From the NCBI RefSeq assembly GCF_006345805.1, contig NC_042998.1, positions 41,788,001 through 41,852,000 of the forward strand: a DNA stretch of 64,000 bases, given 5' to 3'. Under the pieces are notes generated by a model that worked only from the letters and a program-made list of their open reading frames with translations, was not told where the DNA came from and ran no database searches. The stretch is from Octopus sinensis (lineage: Eukaryota). Of the stretch, positions 13,130 through 26,321 are shown piece by piece; within the stretch, counting starts at the first letter, position 1; each line of letters starts with the position of its first letter. The translations under genes and the position numbers were made by a program.

Positions 13130-13178
<49 letters not shown>

Positions 13179-13231
13179 TAATATATATATATATATACAT
13201 ATATAATATATTATGTATACATAATATATAT

Positions 13232-13379
13232 GTGGTTGGCATTAGGAAGGGCATCCAGCCATAGAAACTCTGCCAGATCAAGATTGAAGCCTGGTGCAGC
13301 CATCTGGTTCACCAGCCCTCAGCCAAATCATCCAACCCATGCTAGCATGGAAAGCGGACATTAAACGATGATGATGATA
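13232..13379 (+). mobile_element. RTE 3' tail fragment ending in (GAT)n
   Basis: 'ttggcattaggaagggcatccag...catggaaagcggacattaaacgatgatg'. Confidence 0.8.
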
Positions 13380-15765
13380 TTATATATATATATGCTGTGT
13401 TGACCAAGGTTGAACAAGTATAAGAAAATTTAATATAAAAAAATATAATTTGTTCAACACCAACATTATAACCAAATAGGTAACATGAAATTACAGATGT
13501 TAATTTAAATGAAATGAAGGGTATGGTTTGCTCAATTCCATTACTAATGATCTTAACATAGTTTTTCAACCTAATGTGATATTTGATAGCAATTATCCCT
13601 TTAATAATGAAGCAATTTTACCTGAAATATTCTATTTGGAAAAGGTCATAAAGTCCAATGCACCTTTAATATTTGTCAATTACAAATGCAGACCCCCATA
13701 ACTTTTGTAGTAATTGCTCGGTGCAAGTTAATTATTTGTGTTCACTTCATGTACCGTTTCAGCTTCAAAGTGCTTTAATCAATGATTTCACTTACAAATG
13801 AAAGCAAGTATACTTTTGATCATGTGCAATAAGCATCTGAAAGCAGCACTCTTTGCAAACATTGCAATAGCAAAGCATATAGCTTGTATTATTGAGATGG
13901 AAAAAAGCAAAAAGAAAATAAAAATAACCAAAAAAAACTACACAGAAGCTTTTAAACACTGATGTCATTTGTCTTATTGTCAGTTTATTTGTTAAGTAAT
14001 AGGCCAAAGAAATCAATATTATCAATGTTTTTACTCCTATGAGGTATCAAGTTTCAAATTCTTTTGTTCATATCCAGTTGACTAATTCTACTATTAGTAA
14101 GGAAAATGGAATACTGTAATACTTTCATTAAAATAATAACTAATTGTTAACAGGACCCTATAAAATTTGCTTAATATATGTTTAGTGCAAACATGAATAA
14201 AGTGCAGTTTATATTTTGGAGGTAGGATCTTACTGGCATTACATGTTTGTATATCATAATTATTTGCTTGCATGGGTCCTGTAGAAGTGAGATAATTTCC
14301 CAACATCCAAGGATGAAATTTCAATTCTCTACAAAAGCCTTTTCTCTACTAATACAATTATAAAAAGCATGAACAAAACAATTTCCTATTTCATATATCA
14401 ATGAATTTAGTTATAGCCAGTAGCTTGGAAAGGGGTGGAACTTACTTGATTGATTTTGTTCTTCATATATTCTATACAATGGGAATCATAATGATACCAC
14501 CAACTACTGAACAGGTTATGAGGCATACATACATACATACATACATACATACATACATACATACATACATACATACATACATACATACATACATACAAAC
14601 TTTGTGAACTCCTCAAGAACTAATCATTTCCTGACAACCATTAATGCAAGCTCAGATTTGCTGGACTTGAATATTTCAATGAAGATCTGAAAGGCAAATA
14701 CTCTTCATTCCCCAAAAAGATATGAGTATGTTATAAGTAAAGTTGAGGATAATGATAATATTAATATGAAGTGAAGCCTCTCTTGAATTCATGGCTCTTA
14801 TATCACATTTTGAAACTTAGGCATTTGAAAATTCAACAAGAGATAGCTACAACATACCTAATGGATGAAAGAGACAGCCATGCCCTTAAATATCCAAGAT
14901 GCACCTGAAAGGTCAATTTTGTCACATTTTTGTGGAGGATACTATGTATGGTCAGCAGCTGCCCCAGAATGTCATCTTAGTACTTTCTCCATTGTGGCAT
15001 AATGTAGTTGTAGAGCAATATACAGTATCAGCTGTAGTAGCAAAGACTATCATGGGATATATACCAACAGTGCTCCTGTTATTGAATAAATATATTCATA
15101 TCAGCACAAGGAATGTTGGTGGAATATTCTGATCAAATCTTTTACAACGAAAAAATATTTATGGACAGTTGCTTTGAAACCTGCAGCTTGTGAATTCTGA
15201 AAGTAAATTTACTTTTATACTAATTATTATTCGTGCATTTTTCTAGGCTAATAAATATTTAAGTGTAAAAGCTTGAAAAGCTTGGATTTTAAGGTAAAGT
15301 CAGTGATCAGCTTGCTGATGCATTACAAATTCAGTCTGTAAATGGTGCAGTAAATAAATGTGAGAGTTTTCTAAAGATCAACATATAATATTTAAGATAT
15401 TTGTTATTAAAATTCCAGTTATAAAACTTAGTTTCTTTGTTAGAGACTAACATATTCCTTGTAAGGAAAATCTAAATACTTAAAAAGAAACATACACACA
15501 CACACACCCCCACACACACATATATGTGTATGCACATATTGGGTGATTGCTCCAACTTGACTGTTGATTGCTGTCTCTTTGTGCTTCACTGTTGTTAATG
15601 GCATTTCTGACTTTCCATTCATGACCTCTCATATAACTGTACAGTCTAGCTGCAGAAGCATACAAACGTTGTAATTTATAGCTGTTGTAATATATACAAA
15701 CGTTGTATATATATATATATATATATATAACAAAGTTGAGTTGTGGGGTATCGCATGAGTGGAAT

Positions 15766-17121
15766 TATATACGAAAGAAGGTTTGAAAATGCAATTTAAA
15801 AGATGTTTATTTACTTAACCGGTTTCATTCTTTGGAAAAAGATTGTCAAAAGTAACATTGAATATTATGAATTCAAAAAAGTTTTTTACATAATTGCACA
15901 ATTATGTGTATATGTGTGTGTATGTGTGCATTGTATATATGTATATTGTAGGTGTGTTATATATGCATGAATACATGTATATACATTGCATGTATATATA
16001 TGTATGCATTGTGTATGTGTATGTTATGTGTGTGTGTATATATATGTTATATGTATGCGTACGTGTATATGTATACATTGTATGTATGTATATTGTGTGT
16101 ATATGTGGTATATTTATGTATGTGTATGTAAACACTATTTATATGTATATATGTATATATGTATATGCATTGTCTATATATATATATATATTATATGTAT
16201 GTATTGTGTATGTATATTGTATGTATATAGTGTGTATGCGTATTATATACATGCTGTGTATGTGTGCGTGTGTTGTGTGTATGTGTGTGTGTGTTGTGTG
16301 TGTGTGTGTGTGTTATATGTGTGTGTATTATATATAAATACATGTTATATTTGTGTGCTGTGTGTGTATATTATATATGTGTGTGCATTGTGTATGTGTG
16401 TGTTCTGTATGTGTGTGTGTTGTGTGTGTGTATGTGTGTGACAAACAGACGCTGTCTGACCAGATACTGCGGGCACACAGACACATCTATTCACACTCGC
16501 ATACTCACCTCATGATAACCCCAAAATCATTGATGCTTGAAGGGAAGCCATAATCAGAACAAAACTGGGTACATTTCTCTCAATTCAACATTTCTGCTAA
16601 AACGAACAGGTCAGTAAAAACAAACTCTCGCCTTCAATTCATAATATTCTGTACGGACCCTGAGATGTATAAAATATTCATTTTAATTTTTTCTGTCAAT
16701 TTTTCAAATATTCTCACCATACTATTGCACTTCCTTATGTCTTTAACATGTCCTTTCTACCAAAGACTGTATATATATACATGTAATGTGACAATTTGCA
16801 ACAACCAATAATTAACGCAACCAAATTTCCAATAATATATTTGTTTTATTCTTTTCTGCCAATTTTTCCAAATATTCTCATCACACTGTTGAACTTCTTT
16901 ATGCCCTTAACATATCCCTGTTACCAAACACTATATTTATACATGTAATGTGACAATTATGTAAAAAAACTTTTTTGAATTCATAATATTCAATGTGGCA
17001 ATTATGTAAAAAACTTTTTTGAATTCATAATATTCAATGTTACTTTTGACAATCTTTTTCCAAAGAGTGAAACCGGTTAAGTAAATAAACATCTTTTAAT
17101 TGCATTTTCAAACCTTCTTTC

Positions 17122-17128
<7 letters not shown>
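15766..17128. mobile_element. Foldback-like element: about 132-bp inverted arms around a microsatellite-rich core
   Basis: 15766-15897 is the reverse complement of 16998-17128 with about 2 differences. TA-rich flanks. Internal direct repeats at about 16680-16950 and 16955-17040. Confidence 0.5.
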
Positions 17129-17178
<50 letters not shown>

Positions 17179-17849
17179 TATATGTATACACACATATACA
17201 CACACACACATGTATGTGTGTATGTATACATATATATAAATATATATGCATTGTATGAAGTTCATCAAGTAGTATAGCACTCAATCAGTTAAGCAAATAA
17301 AGATATTACAATAAAAACCACAAAAAGCCTTGGGTTGCTGCATCTCACAAGGTTTTTTGTGGTTTTATTATATTAACACACACACACATGTGAGTGCATG
17401 TATATATGCATGTGCACATCTCACCTGCCAATACACACAGTTTCTGTGTTTCAGATTCTACTCAGCCTATGATCATTATTGAGGATATTCACTGAAAAGT
17501 AGAATTTAACTAGAAGCACATAGTTGGAAAACAAACTTCTTAACCACGTAGCCATGCTTACATTTGAATACATTAGCTGTAAAGGAGTATTAACAGGCAA
17601 GAAATAAAGACCATGACCTGTTATGATAGCTCATTAGATATAATGGATAGCTTCTGTCACCTAAATAATCTAATTAGTGCAGAAGGAGATTATAGTTAGA
17701 TCTACAACATCTTGTATGATGGATGGAGTTCTGGAATCTGGAGCTTTTATTAACAACAAATAATTTTTTGACTGTTATCATTGTTGTTGCCATCATCATC
17801 GTTGTTGTCAACATTGTTGTCGTCATTGTCAGCAGCAGTGGTGGTAGCA

Positions 17850-18045
17850 TCATCATTTAATGTACATTTTCCAGCTGATATGGGTTCAACAGTTTGACAG
17901 GTGCTTTTGAGCCAGAGGACTGTGCCAAGCTCCAGTGTCTGTTTTAGCATGGTTACTATAGCTGGATGCTCTTCCTAATGCCAATCACTTTACAGAGTGT
18001 ACTGGGTGTGTTTTATGTAGCACTGGCACCAGTAAGGTCACCAAA
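17850..18045 (-). mobile_element. RTE 3' tail fragment
   Basis: 'gctggatgctcttcctaatgccaatcac' and a (CAT)n start. Confidence 0.7.
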
Positions 18046-18053
18046 TTACTCAG

Positions 18054-18316
18054 TGGAGGCATGTGGCTTAGCGGTTTGGGTGTTGGCATCATGATCGTAA
18101 GACTGTGGTTTTGATTCCTGGACCAGGCAACACATTGTGTTCTTGAGCAAAACACTTCATTTCATGCTGCTACAGTCCACTCAGCTGGCAAAAAGGAATC
18201 ATCCTGTGATGGACTGGTGTCCCATTCAGGTGAGGAATATATGTATGTCATGAAACCGGAAAATTTGCCCTTATGAGTGGGTATGACTTGAGAAGGTAAC
18301 TTTACCTTTACTTTAC
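18054..18316 (+). mobile_element. tRNA-derived SINE family C
   Basis: A/B-box-like head 'gtggcttagcggtttggg...gttttgattcctgg', core 'cttgagcaaaacacttc...gtccactcagctgg', tail ending (CTTTA)n. Confidence 0.6.
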
Positions 18317-19959
18317 TACCAAGTTACTCACAAAACAAGAACCCTCAACTGAGGTGGTGAAGTATTGAAAGAGGTGGCTTTATGCCTGGTAATGAAACAT
18401 TAAAGTATGAGAGAGAGACAAGTGAAGGTGTCTTGCTATAAAGGAGATACATGGTTACTCCAGTTGGAAAATAGTGAAGAGATGGTGGTGAAGATGTTCA
18501 AAGTGTACCCTGAAGTTACGGGAAGGTGAATATAAAAGAAATGATATAAGAGAAATGGAAAGAGTGAATGGGTAGGCAAGTGAGTTTGTGAGAATATGGA
18601 AGGAGAGTGACAGATGAGGGGAATGCAGTGAGTGGTAAACACAGATGGAAGCACAGGCACTAATGAATATCAGTTGGAAGGGAAGGTGGAGGAAGCAGGA
18701 GTGGGTCTTCCTGCAAATCATATTCTATCATTGGGAAGGTAGAAGGGACACATTAGGCATTTTAGTTTATGATATATAAAAAAAGATGTGATGTGCATTG
18801 CAAGAACACCTTCTAGATTAGGACTGACTTGGGGTTTAAGAGTTACAAGAAAGTTTTTCTGTTGGTGTACAAAAGTCAGAGTGTCTAAAGTATGTGTAAG
18901 AGTTCTGATACTGTGAGGGGGAAAAGAGAACAGTTAAATGCTAGTGTGTGTTGAATGAAGCTATGTTCATTAGAGAGATACTGTCTTTTAGCAAGGAAAA
19001 TTATATGCAGTAGGAGCAGAAGATCTGCATATACTGGAAAGAAATGCTGAAAAGCAAAGCACAAGTAAGCTGAGTGAGTAGATATGTTATAAAAGTATAG
19101 TCTGTTATGAGCATGAAAAATAACTGAGCTGGTATGGATATATGATGTAAACGGACAAAGCAAGCTAACTATGAAATTATTGTGTGCAAAAATATCAAAG
19201 TTTCATACTTTGGCACCTGTGTGGTATAAAGTTTTTTGATTCTTTGCCAAAATATCAAAGTGTCATATTTTGCCACAGGTGTGGCATTGTGTTTTGATTA
19301 CTGAATTTTCTAGCATACAAGTCAAAATTTTCAGACCACAATTTACAGCTGAAATAAGTAGGTCAACTTATACATCAAGACAACTTGGTGAAATGCTGCA
19401 GGATTTGGAAAGATAGTGATGATGTCTGAATGTTTACACTACACTTTTTCACTGTATACTATGTTGACTTGTATGCCAGAAAATATGGTTATACATTTAA
19501 TTTTGAAATATCTAGCTCAATTAACAGTAAACAAATGTTGCACAGTAAAAACAAGCTTGTTGCTGTAAATTGTAACTATAATGTTACATACATGTACGTT
19601 TCATTGGTTGGGAATGGGCAGAATTAATTTTTTTCAAGATGTGTCAAGGTTCAGTGCTCATAAGCCCTTTAAAAAAATTCTAATTTAATAATTGTAACTT
19701 TTTGAATGAATATTATTTATTAAAATGAAAACATGTTTTAGTTATGTTTCTTCAACTTTTATTTTCAATTTTTTTTTAATATGTTCTAAATATGTACAAT
19801 AAACCAGTGTGCAAAATCAATTTCTTTTTAATTAAAATAATAGGCTTTTTTTTTTCAATGAAAGTGGGTACTGAGCTACAAAAGTCTGAAAACCACTGTG
19901 TTAGAATATGGAGAAGTCATTGCATATCAACCATGTAAATTCTTTATCTCTATTTACAA

Positions 19960-20140
19960 ATAAATAAGACATGGAAGGCTGTTGGGCCCTGAAGAAATTT
20001 TAGTTGAATGACTTGACCCCAGTACTTATTTTTTAAGCCTGGTACTTATTCTGTTAGTTACTTTAAACCAAACTGCTAAGTTGCAGGGACATAAACATAC
20101 CAACACTGGTTGTGAAGTGGTTGTTGGGGACAAACACAGT
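19960..20140 (-). mobile_element. SINE family B tail fragment
   Basis: 'gaccccagtacttat...gctaagttgcagggacataaacataccaacactggttg'. Confidence 0.6.
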
Positions 20141-20647
20141 TAGAAATACATGTGTCTTTGTATTTGTCCCCTCTCCACCACCACCACCATCACCTGACAA
20201 CTGGATTACAGCTTTACACCTGTTCTTTGATTATTGAATATTTGTACATATCTATAGCTGAATGCTCTTATAAATGCTGATGTATTTACCAAGACATGAA
20301 ACTTGTACTGTTTTGTTATTTTACTTCTTTTATAAATTGAATAGATTAAATTAATGGGCATTTGGATGTCAAGAATGAATGTTATTACGATAATCTTAGA
20401 TTTTCTTTTTCTCACAATTTATAAGATGTATATTTTCTATAATTATATCTCACTTCTTGTTTGAGTTGGCAGAAAAAGGCAGTCATTGATTGAACCTTTG
20501 TTTCACAAGAAGCAAATGTATATTAATTTATGTCAACATTAGGAAAATTTATTGTAAACTTAATTGAGCCAAACATTTCAACAATTATTTTGAATGATTT
20601 CATATTTACATATATATATATATATATATATTTTAGTTGAATGAATA

Positions 20648-20705
<58 letters not shown>

Positions 20706-21594
20706 TAGATAGATATGTATATTTTTAAAAAAGAAAAAAACTCAAGCGAAATATTGACAGTTATATCTTTTCAGATTTGCCGAAAGAATTTTTTTGAAAA
20801 CAATAATAATTAAGGATTTTTTTTTCATGTACAAAGATGATATTTAAAATAGTACACTTAAATAAATTTGTATTTTGTTGAGTCAATATCCAAATATAAT
20901 ATTAGACTCAAATATTATGTTTTCTCTGCTCGTAATATCAATAAATATTAATAGATATTAAAATTGCAAAATAAACCATTAAAGAAGTAAAAGTTTGAGG
21001 ATGATTAAATGTCGTTGAATATAAATACATAAACTGATTTCAGGTTTGAATTTAAATGCCACACACGAAGCAAGCAAATTGAAAATAGGTGGGATTTTAT
21101 CCAATGACTAAAATTGCCATTATAGCTTTTGCTTTTGGAAATGCAAGCAATTAATTTACTTTATATTTTACAGTGAAAGTAATATTGTCTTTTTTCCCTC
21201 TATTGATCAATAAGTTTGCGTAACTTGCTTTTTCTTTCACATTTTATTTTATAATTCCAAGGTTTTCTTAATATGCCTTCACACTGGTTACCAGTTAATG
21301 CAAATCTATAGGCAGCCATTGTTCAGTGAGTAACCAATGCCTTTTTGGTTTTCTTATAAAAATTCTCATGGTTTATTCAATTTAACTATTTTCTTACATC
21401 CAGTCATATATTTAAAATTTCGGCTATACATTTTATGGATTATATTTATCTTATTTTTCTTTCATTTTCTTTCTTTGTTTTCCATTTTTAGTTTACTTCT
21501 AGTACTTTATCTGAGATTGATTTTAGATTCACCCACAAAGTGTTGCTATTATTAAATTCAGATTAACTTATGAGAAGTAAATAATATATTAGAT

Positions 21595-21750
21595 TGACTA
21601 TGTGGTAAGAAGCTTGCTTCCCAACCTCATGGTTCCGGGTTCAGTCTCACCATGTGGAACCTAGTGCAAGTATCTTCCACTATGGCCTCGGGCTGACCAA
21701 AGCCTTGTGTATTGATTTGCTAGACAGAAACTGAAAGCGGCCTGTCATAT
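21595..21750 (+). mobile_element. SINE family B head
   Basis: 'tgtggtaagaagcttgcttcccaacc...gggttcagtc...gaaactgaaag' ending in TA repeats. Confidence 0.75.
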
Positions 21751-21759
21751 ATGTATATA

Positions 21760-21960
21760 CAGAGCTGGGCATAAGTCTGTAATTCTGTTAATCATTAATT
21801 AACAAAATTAACATTTTCATTAACTTTTAAGTTAACTTTAAAAATCATTATCAGACTAATTAACTTCTGTTACATTTAGCTTCTGTTAACTCAAGTCCGC
21901 TAACCTAACAATTTCATAAAAACCAGTAAACATTTAGAAGTTTTTATTGCTTTCAGATTG
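21760..21960. mobile_element. Possible hAT-like terminal fragment
   Basis: Starts CAGAGCTGGGCA, followed by repeated TTAAC subterminal motifs. No matching second end found. Confidence 0.25.
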
Positions 21961-22659
21961 TCTTAGCACATTTAATATTGTACACGTCATTCTTTCAATC
22001 CCGATATAATGCTACTTATTATTATAAATAACTTGTAGGACCTCATTTGGCCCTGCTGAAATTTGAAACCAAATCCACCTGCTTGTTGTTTGTAAAGACA
22101 GCAGGAAATTTCTTTGTCTGGTCAAGAGGGAACAGTGCTTGATGTGTTTCCACTTGATCCTTGACCTCATTGAGGTGGATGTTAATAGAGAAAATATTGA
22201 CTTCCATAAAGTGCAAAAAATTAATGGAAGGTAAAAAGTTGGTAAATATTCAGTGTGAATGCAAATAGCTATTACATGGTGGCAGGGCATGCTAGAAATA
22301 ACAGCCAAATCTTTCCTTTTCTGGGGAAAGGAGCTGTTTACGCGTGAATTCGATGTCATAAGCATGCAAAATAACCTGGAAAAGAAAAAGAGACCTGCAA
22401 AACAAAACTCCCTTGGTAGGAAACTTCGAGGTCCTCACTACTCTTCCCACTTTTCTTTTCTGGAAAAAAGTGACTTATGGCAGGTTTGGAGGTCAGATAC
22501 GTTGATTGCACCTGAAAAAACTGTGGAAAAAAATTATTCCACAAACCAACTTGTCAAGTGTGCTAGGAGACAAACACAGACACAAAAAAAGATACACACA
22601 TATGCACACACATGTTCACATGCACATGAGCACACACACACACACACTACTAACTTCTT

Positions 22660-22800
22660 TCAGTTTGTGTCAATCAATCCGCTCACAAGGTTTTGATTGG
22701 CCCAAGGCTATAGAAGAAGACACTAGTCTAATATATCATGCAGTGGGACTGAATACAAAACCCTGTATTTAGAAGCAAACTTCTTACCACACAGCCACCC
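22660..22800 (-). mobile_element. SINE family B head
   Basis: 'ttcagtttgtgtcaatcaatccgctcacaagg...gtgggactgaa...ttcttaccacacagcc'. Confidence 0.7.
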
Positions 22801-22870
22801 TAGCACCTATCTTGTATTTTTTCTTTTCAGGGGATGAGGAGCAATATTAATGTCTTTTGATGGCTTTCTT

Positions 22871-23055
22871 TTAAACAGATCCAGTCACATCACATCCATT
22901 AATCTGAGACAATATACTTTTGAATTAGCATCTGTCTTTAAATTATTCAACCTCTACATGCATTCATCCATAATCAAGAAGCATGAAGTTATATGCACCG
23001 TTGCCATAAATGATACCAACATTTTTTCAACCTACAGCCTATTGCTCTTCTACAG
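22871..23055 (+). repeat. 185-bp segment duplicated in inverted orientation at 28174-28358
   Basis: Direct comparison shows one mismatch (ccagtcac vs ccaatcac). Confidence 0.95.
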
Positions 23056-23413
23056 ATTGATATGGCTGATGTCCATCCTGAACATTTACAAGAAAAAATG
23101 TCCAAAATCTTACAAGAGCATGAGTTTTATTGAAAGAACTCAAGGGCAAGATGGTGGTGCTAAACATTGGTGGTCCTTATAATATACAAATTAATATTAG
23201 GAAACGCAGATAATAACTGAGTGGTAGATGGTGATTATTAGTAGATAAGTCATCATGAGAAAATGTCTCACAAACTCCTCTTCTTCAGATATATGCCTTC
23301 TTTACATAACATATACTGCAATATAATTAAAAACTAGAAAGCTTAATTAAGGCTGAATTTTTTAAAGAATTATTGTCACAGATCAATTTTAGTATCTATT
23401 TGGTGTCCTTTAA

Positions 23414-23634
23414 CCCTTTCGTTACTGTATTTATTTTGAGATGCTCAGTGTTTCTCTGAATTATTTTAGATATAACAAAGAATTTTGTAAAATAACTTAG
23501 TTATCATTAAGCAAGTGTTAGGAACATAAATTGTAACAAAGGATTGGTGGAAGGTTTTGATTCAAAACTAATGAGAACAAGACATTTGTACTACATAGCC
23601 AGAGCTGGTTTCAGCTGGGTTGGTAATGAAAGGG
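23414..23634. mobile_element. piggyBac-type MITE
   Basis: TTAA|CCCTTTCGTTAC ... GTAATGAAAGGG|TTAA: TTAA TSD and CCC-starting TIRs. Confidence 0.85.
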
Positions 23635-23739
23635 TTAAACATGCATAAATTAAATTTGTCTAAAAGTACCAAGCATTATGTGTAGCAGCATTTAAAAATA
23701 TTATCAATTAACTGTCGGTTGGCAGAAAGGGTAGCTTAA

Positions 23740-23953
23740 TATTGGTTCCAAATTTTGGCACAAGGCCAGCAATTTCAGAGGAGTAAGTGAATTACATTAA
23801 TCCCAGTGCTCAACTGGTACTTATCTTATTGACCCAGAAATGATGAAAGGCAAAATCAACTCCAGTGGAAATTGAACTCAGAACATAAAGAGGGATGAAA
23901 CAAAGCTAAGTATTTTACCTGGCATGTTAACGATTCTACCAGCTCACTGCCTT
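23740..23953 (-). mobile_element. SINE family A
   Basis: Same core as 4483-4684. Confidence 0.75.
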
Positions 23954-24101
23954 AGGGTTACATAATATTACAAACACTTATAGGTATGTTTGTAGTAGTT
24001 GTGTTTATAAGGCCTCTCTAAAAGTAGTATAGCCAAGGTATTATTTAGGATCAGGGAAAAAATCTGAAGAGCTTGGGTTTATATATTACAGGAAATAGTA
24101 A

Positions 24102-24104
<3 letters not shown>

Positions 24105-24192
<88 letters not shown>
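24105..24192. repeat. (GA)n microsatellite
   Basis: Read directly. Confidence 0.95.
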
Positions 24193-24196
<4 letters not shown>

Positions 24197-26149
24197 TGTG
24201 TTCTGTGATGAAAATATATGTCCCATGATGAAGATATGATTCCCATAAGGAAAGTGGCATATAGAAGATATGTTAGATAAAAGAGATATGTATGCTGTAA
24301 AGTAAGAAGCATACAATCTTTGGTGTAGAATCAAGAATATTCAACAAAGCATAGTGATGAAAAACAGAAAAGCAGGTCAGTTAATAAAATTTGTGAGAAA
24401 TGATACAGAGTCAATAAAAATATTCTCTGATGGTGGACATAACAATCTAATCTACTTCAAGAACACCAAGATAAATCATGTTCTATAAGACTCATTCTAT
24501 ACATGTTAAAAACAGATTAAATCCTCAGTCACAACTAATGTTAAGCCTAGAGTAAACCATAAAATGCCAACCAACTGATTGGCAAATACTACGATCATTA
24601 ACCACAGACAATTTGCTTTTATTTTTCTCAGTCAATTGCACTGATACTACATTGACTTCTGCTTTTGTAAGCTCTGTCTCATCTTCATCAAATAAAGCAG
24701 TTTTGGTAATATTTTCCAGGAAGTTAATTAAAGACAATCCTAGCATAAGAAGTGAATTCTTTTTATGGTAATTAAGTTGTTGTTGAGCTTCTGGTCAGCT
24801 CTGGACGAGCAGACAAATGATTAAAACTGTACCAGATGTGACCATAATTTTTTTCAATGCTTATATGAACTATAATATCCCAATATGCTTTTCTTTCTTT
24901 TTTTAATTGTAGGGTATGGTTTCAAGTAGATTCAGTTGCTATTTCCTTGAAGTCAACAGACTACATAAGGAATTTTTGTTAGCTTTGGAATTCAGAATAT
25001 ATATATGATGTAATTCTTAATGTTTTTAATTTTAAACTAACACCATTTATGTTTTTTTTGTATTGGTTCCCACTGACAGATTACTGCATTTTCTTGGGAT
25101 ATGGTTCTCATTGATGGCAAAAACCTAGATATTTGATGGGAATGGTAGAAGATTTCAGAATACAGAGAATTTAAAAATATAGGATTGATGCTTATTGAGA
25201 AGAGATAATTGAAAGAAAGAAAAATTTTGATCCTCACAGACACTATTGATAAATCCATAAATACCAGGTTTACCCTTTACGTATAGTGAAATTTTAAAAG
25301 TGATTGTTGCTGTCTAAACCTTGAAATTGTCAGAGATTATACTTATGAGGTATAACATATCTTGCTAATTTTAAGATGTAGAGAACATGGCAGAATCAGA
25401 AAACATTAGGTAAATAATGTTCTATGAGATCAGTAAAGAGAATAATGCTACTGAAATAATGTGAAAAGTTCAAGAAGTTTACTGCAAAGATATTCCACAC
25501 ATGAGAAAATGTCAAAGATAGTTTGAAAAGTTCAGGGTTGGTGACTCATGTTTGACAGATACAGTACACCTAGAATTGATAAGTTAATGTAGTTGCATTT
25601 GAGAATTGCTTCACAACTGTTGAAAAATTGACCTGGAAACTCAATTCATCTTGCAACATTCATCAATGTTTGATTTGAATGAAGAATTCTGGAGTCAATG
25701 TAATCGACAGGCCCCCACCTCCCCCAAAATTTCAGGCCTTGTGCCTATAGTAGAAAGGATTATTTGCCCCAGAAACTTGTTTGGTGAGATAATGTTGATA
25801 AGGTATATTTTCAGTTATGATCATCCACTTATCAGTCACTGCTGAAATTGCAACAAAATCAATCAAACCTTGGACTTAAAGGAAAAATACTTATGTTTTT
25901 ATTCTATACCAAACTATCTGTATTTTATAATCATAGCAATAAAAAAAAAAGCTTTTGAATCATTTAGGCTGTTATTGATTGTAGTGGATTTAAATGTTCA
26001 TTGCATTGTTTTTTAAGTTTTTGAAAAGTTAATGTAAATAGATTACAAATGAAATAACTTGACTGTTGAATCAGAGAGAGTTTTTAGTGCCAGGTAATTA
26101 TTACTAATGGTAAAATGCAGGCATAGGCAAGCTAGGTGCAGCTGCGGTT

Positions 26150-26300
26150 TTGCAGATGTGCTTAAAAGTTTTCTTCCCAACCACATGGTTTTGGGTTGAG
26201 TCCCACTGTGTGACACCTTGGGTAAGTGTCTTCTAATACAACCTTGGACCAACCAAAACCTTGTGAGTGGATTTGGTAGACAGAAACTAAGAGAAGCTTG
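26150..26300 (+). mobile_element. SINE family B head
   Basis: 'cttcccaaccacatggttttgggttgagtcccactg...gtggatttggtagacagaaact'. Confidence 0.75.
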
Positions 26301-26321
26301 TTCTAAACTAAAAGAAAATGA

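Larger units (their letters stand above)
10629..13131 (+). mobile_element. 5'-truncated RTE-clade LINE with tandemly amplified 3' UTR and (GAT)n tail
   Basis: ORF end LHGSETWAV...RRLRWYGHV...GRPRKTW nearly identical to the 62627-63050 copy. Ends 'ggaaagcggacgttaaatgatgatg'. Flanked by (TA)n on both sides. Confidence 0.92.
17600..19170 (+). mobile_element. Old decayed RTE LINE 3' portion, interrupted by younger insertions
   Basis: Remnants 'LDIMDSFCHLNNLISAEG' (about 17630-17690) and 'AVGAEDLHILERN' (about 19005-19045) match RTE motifs. Confidence 0.45.

Noticed and set aside
19190-19290. Diverged tandem pair of about 60 bp with CACCTG/CAGGTG E-boxes
   Set aside because: Only two imperfect units and no other support; probably a local duplication.
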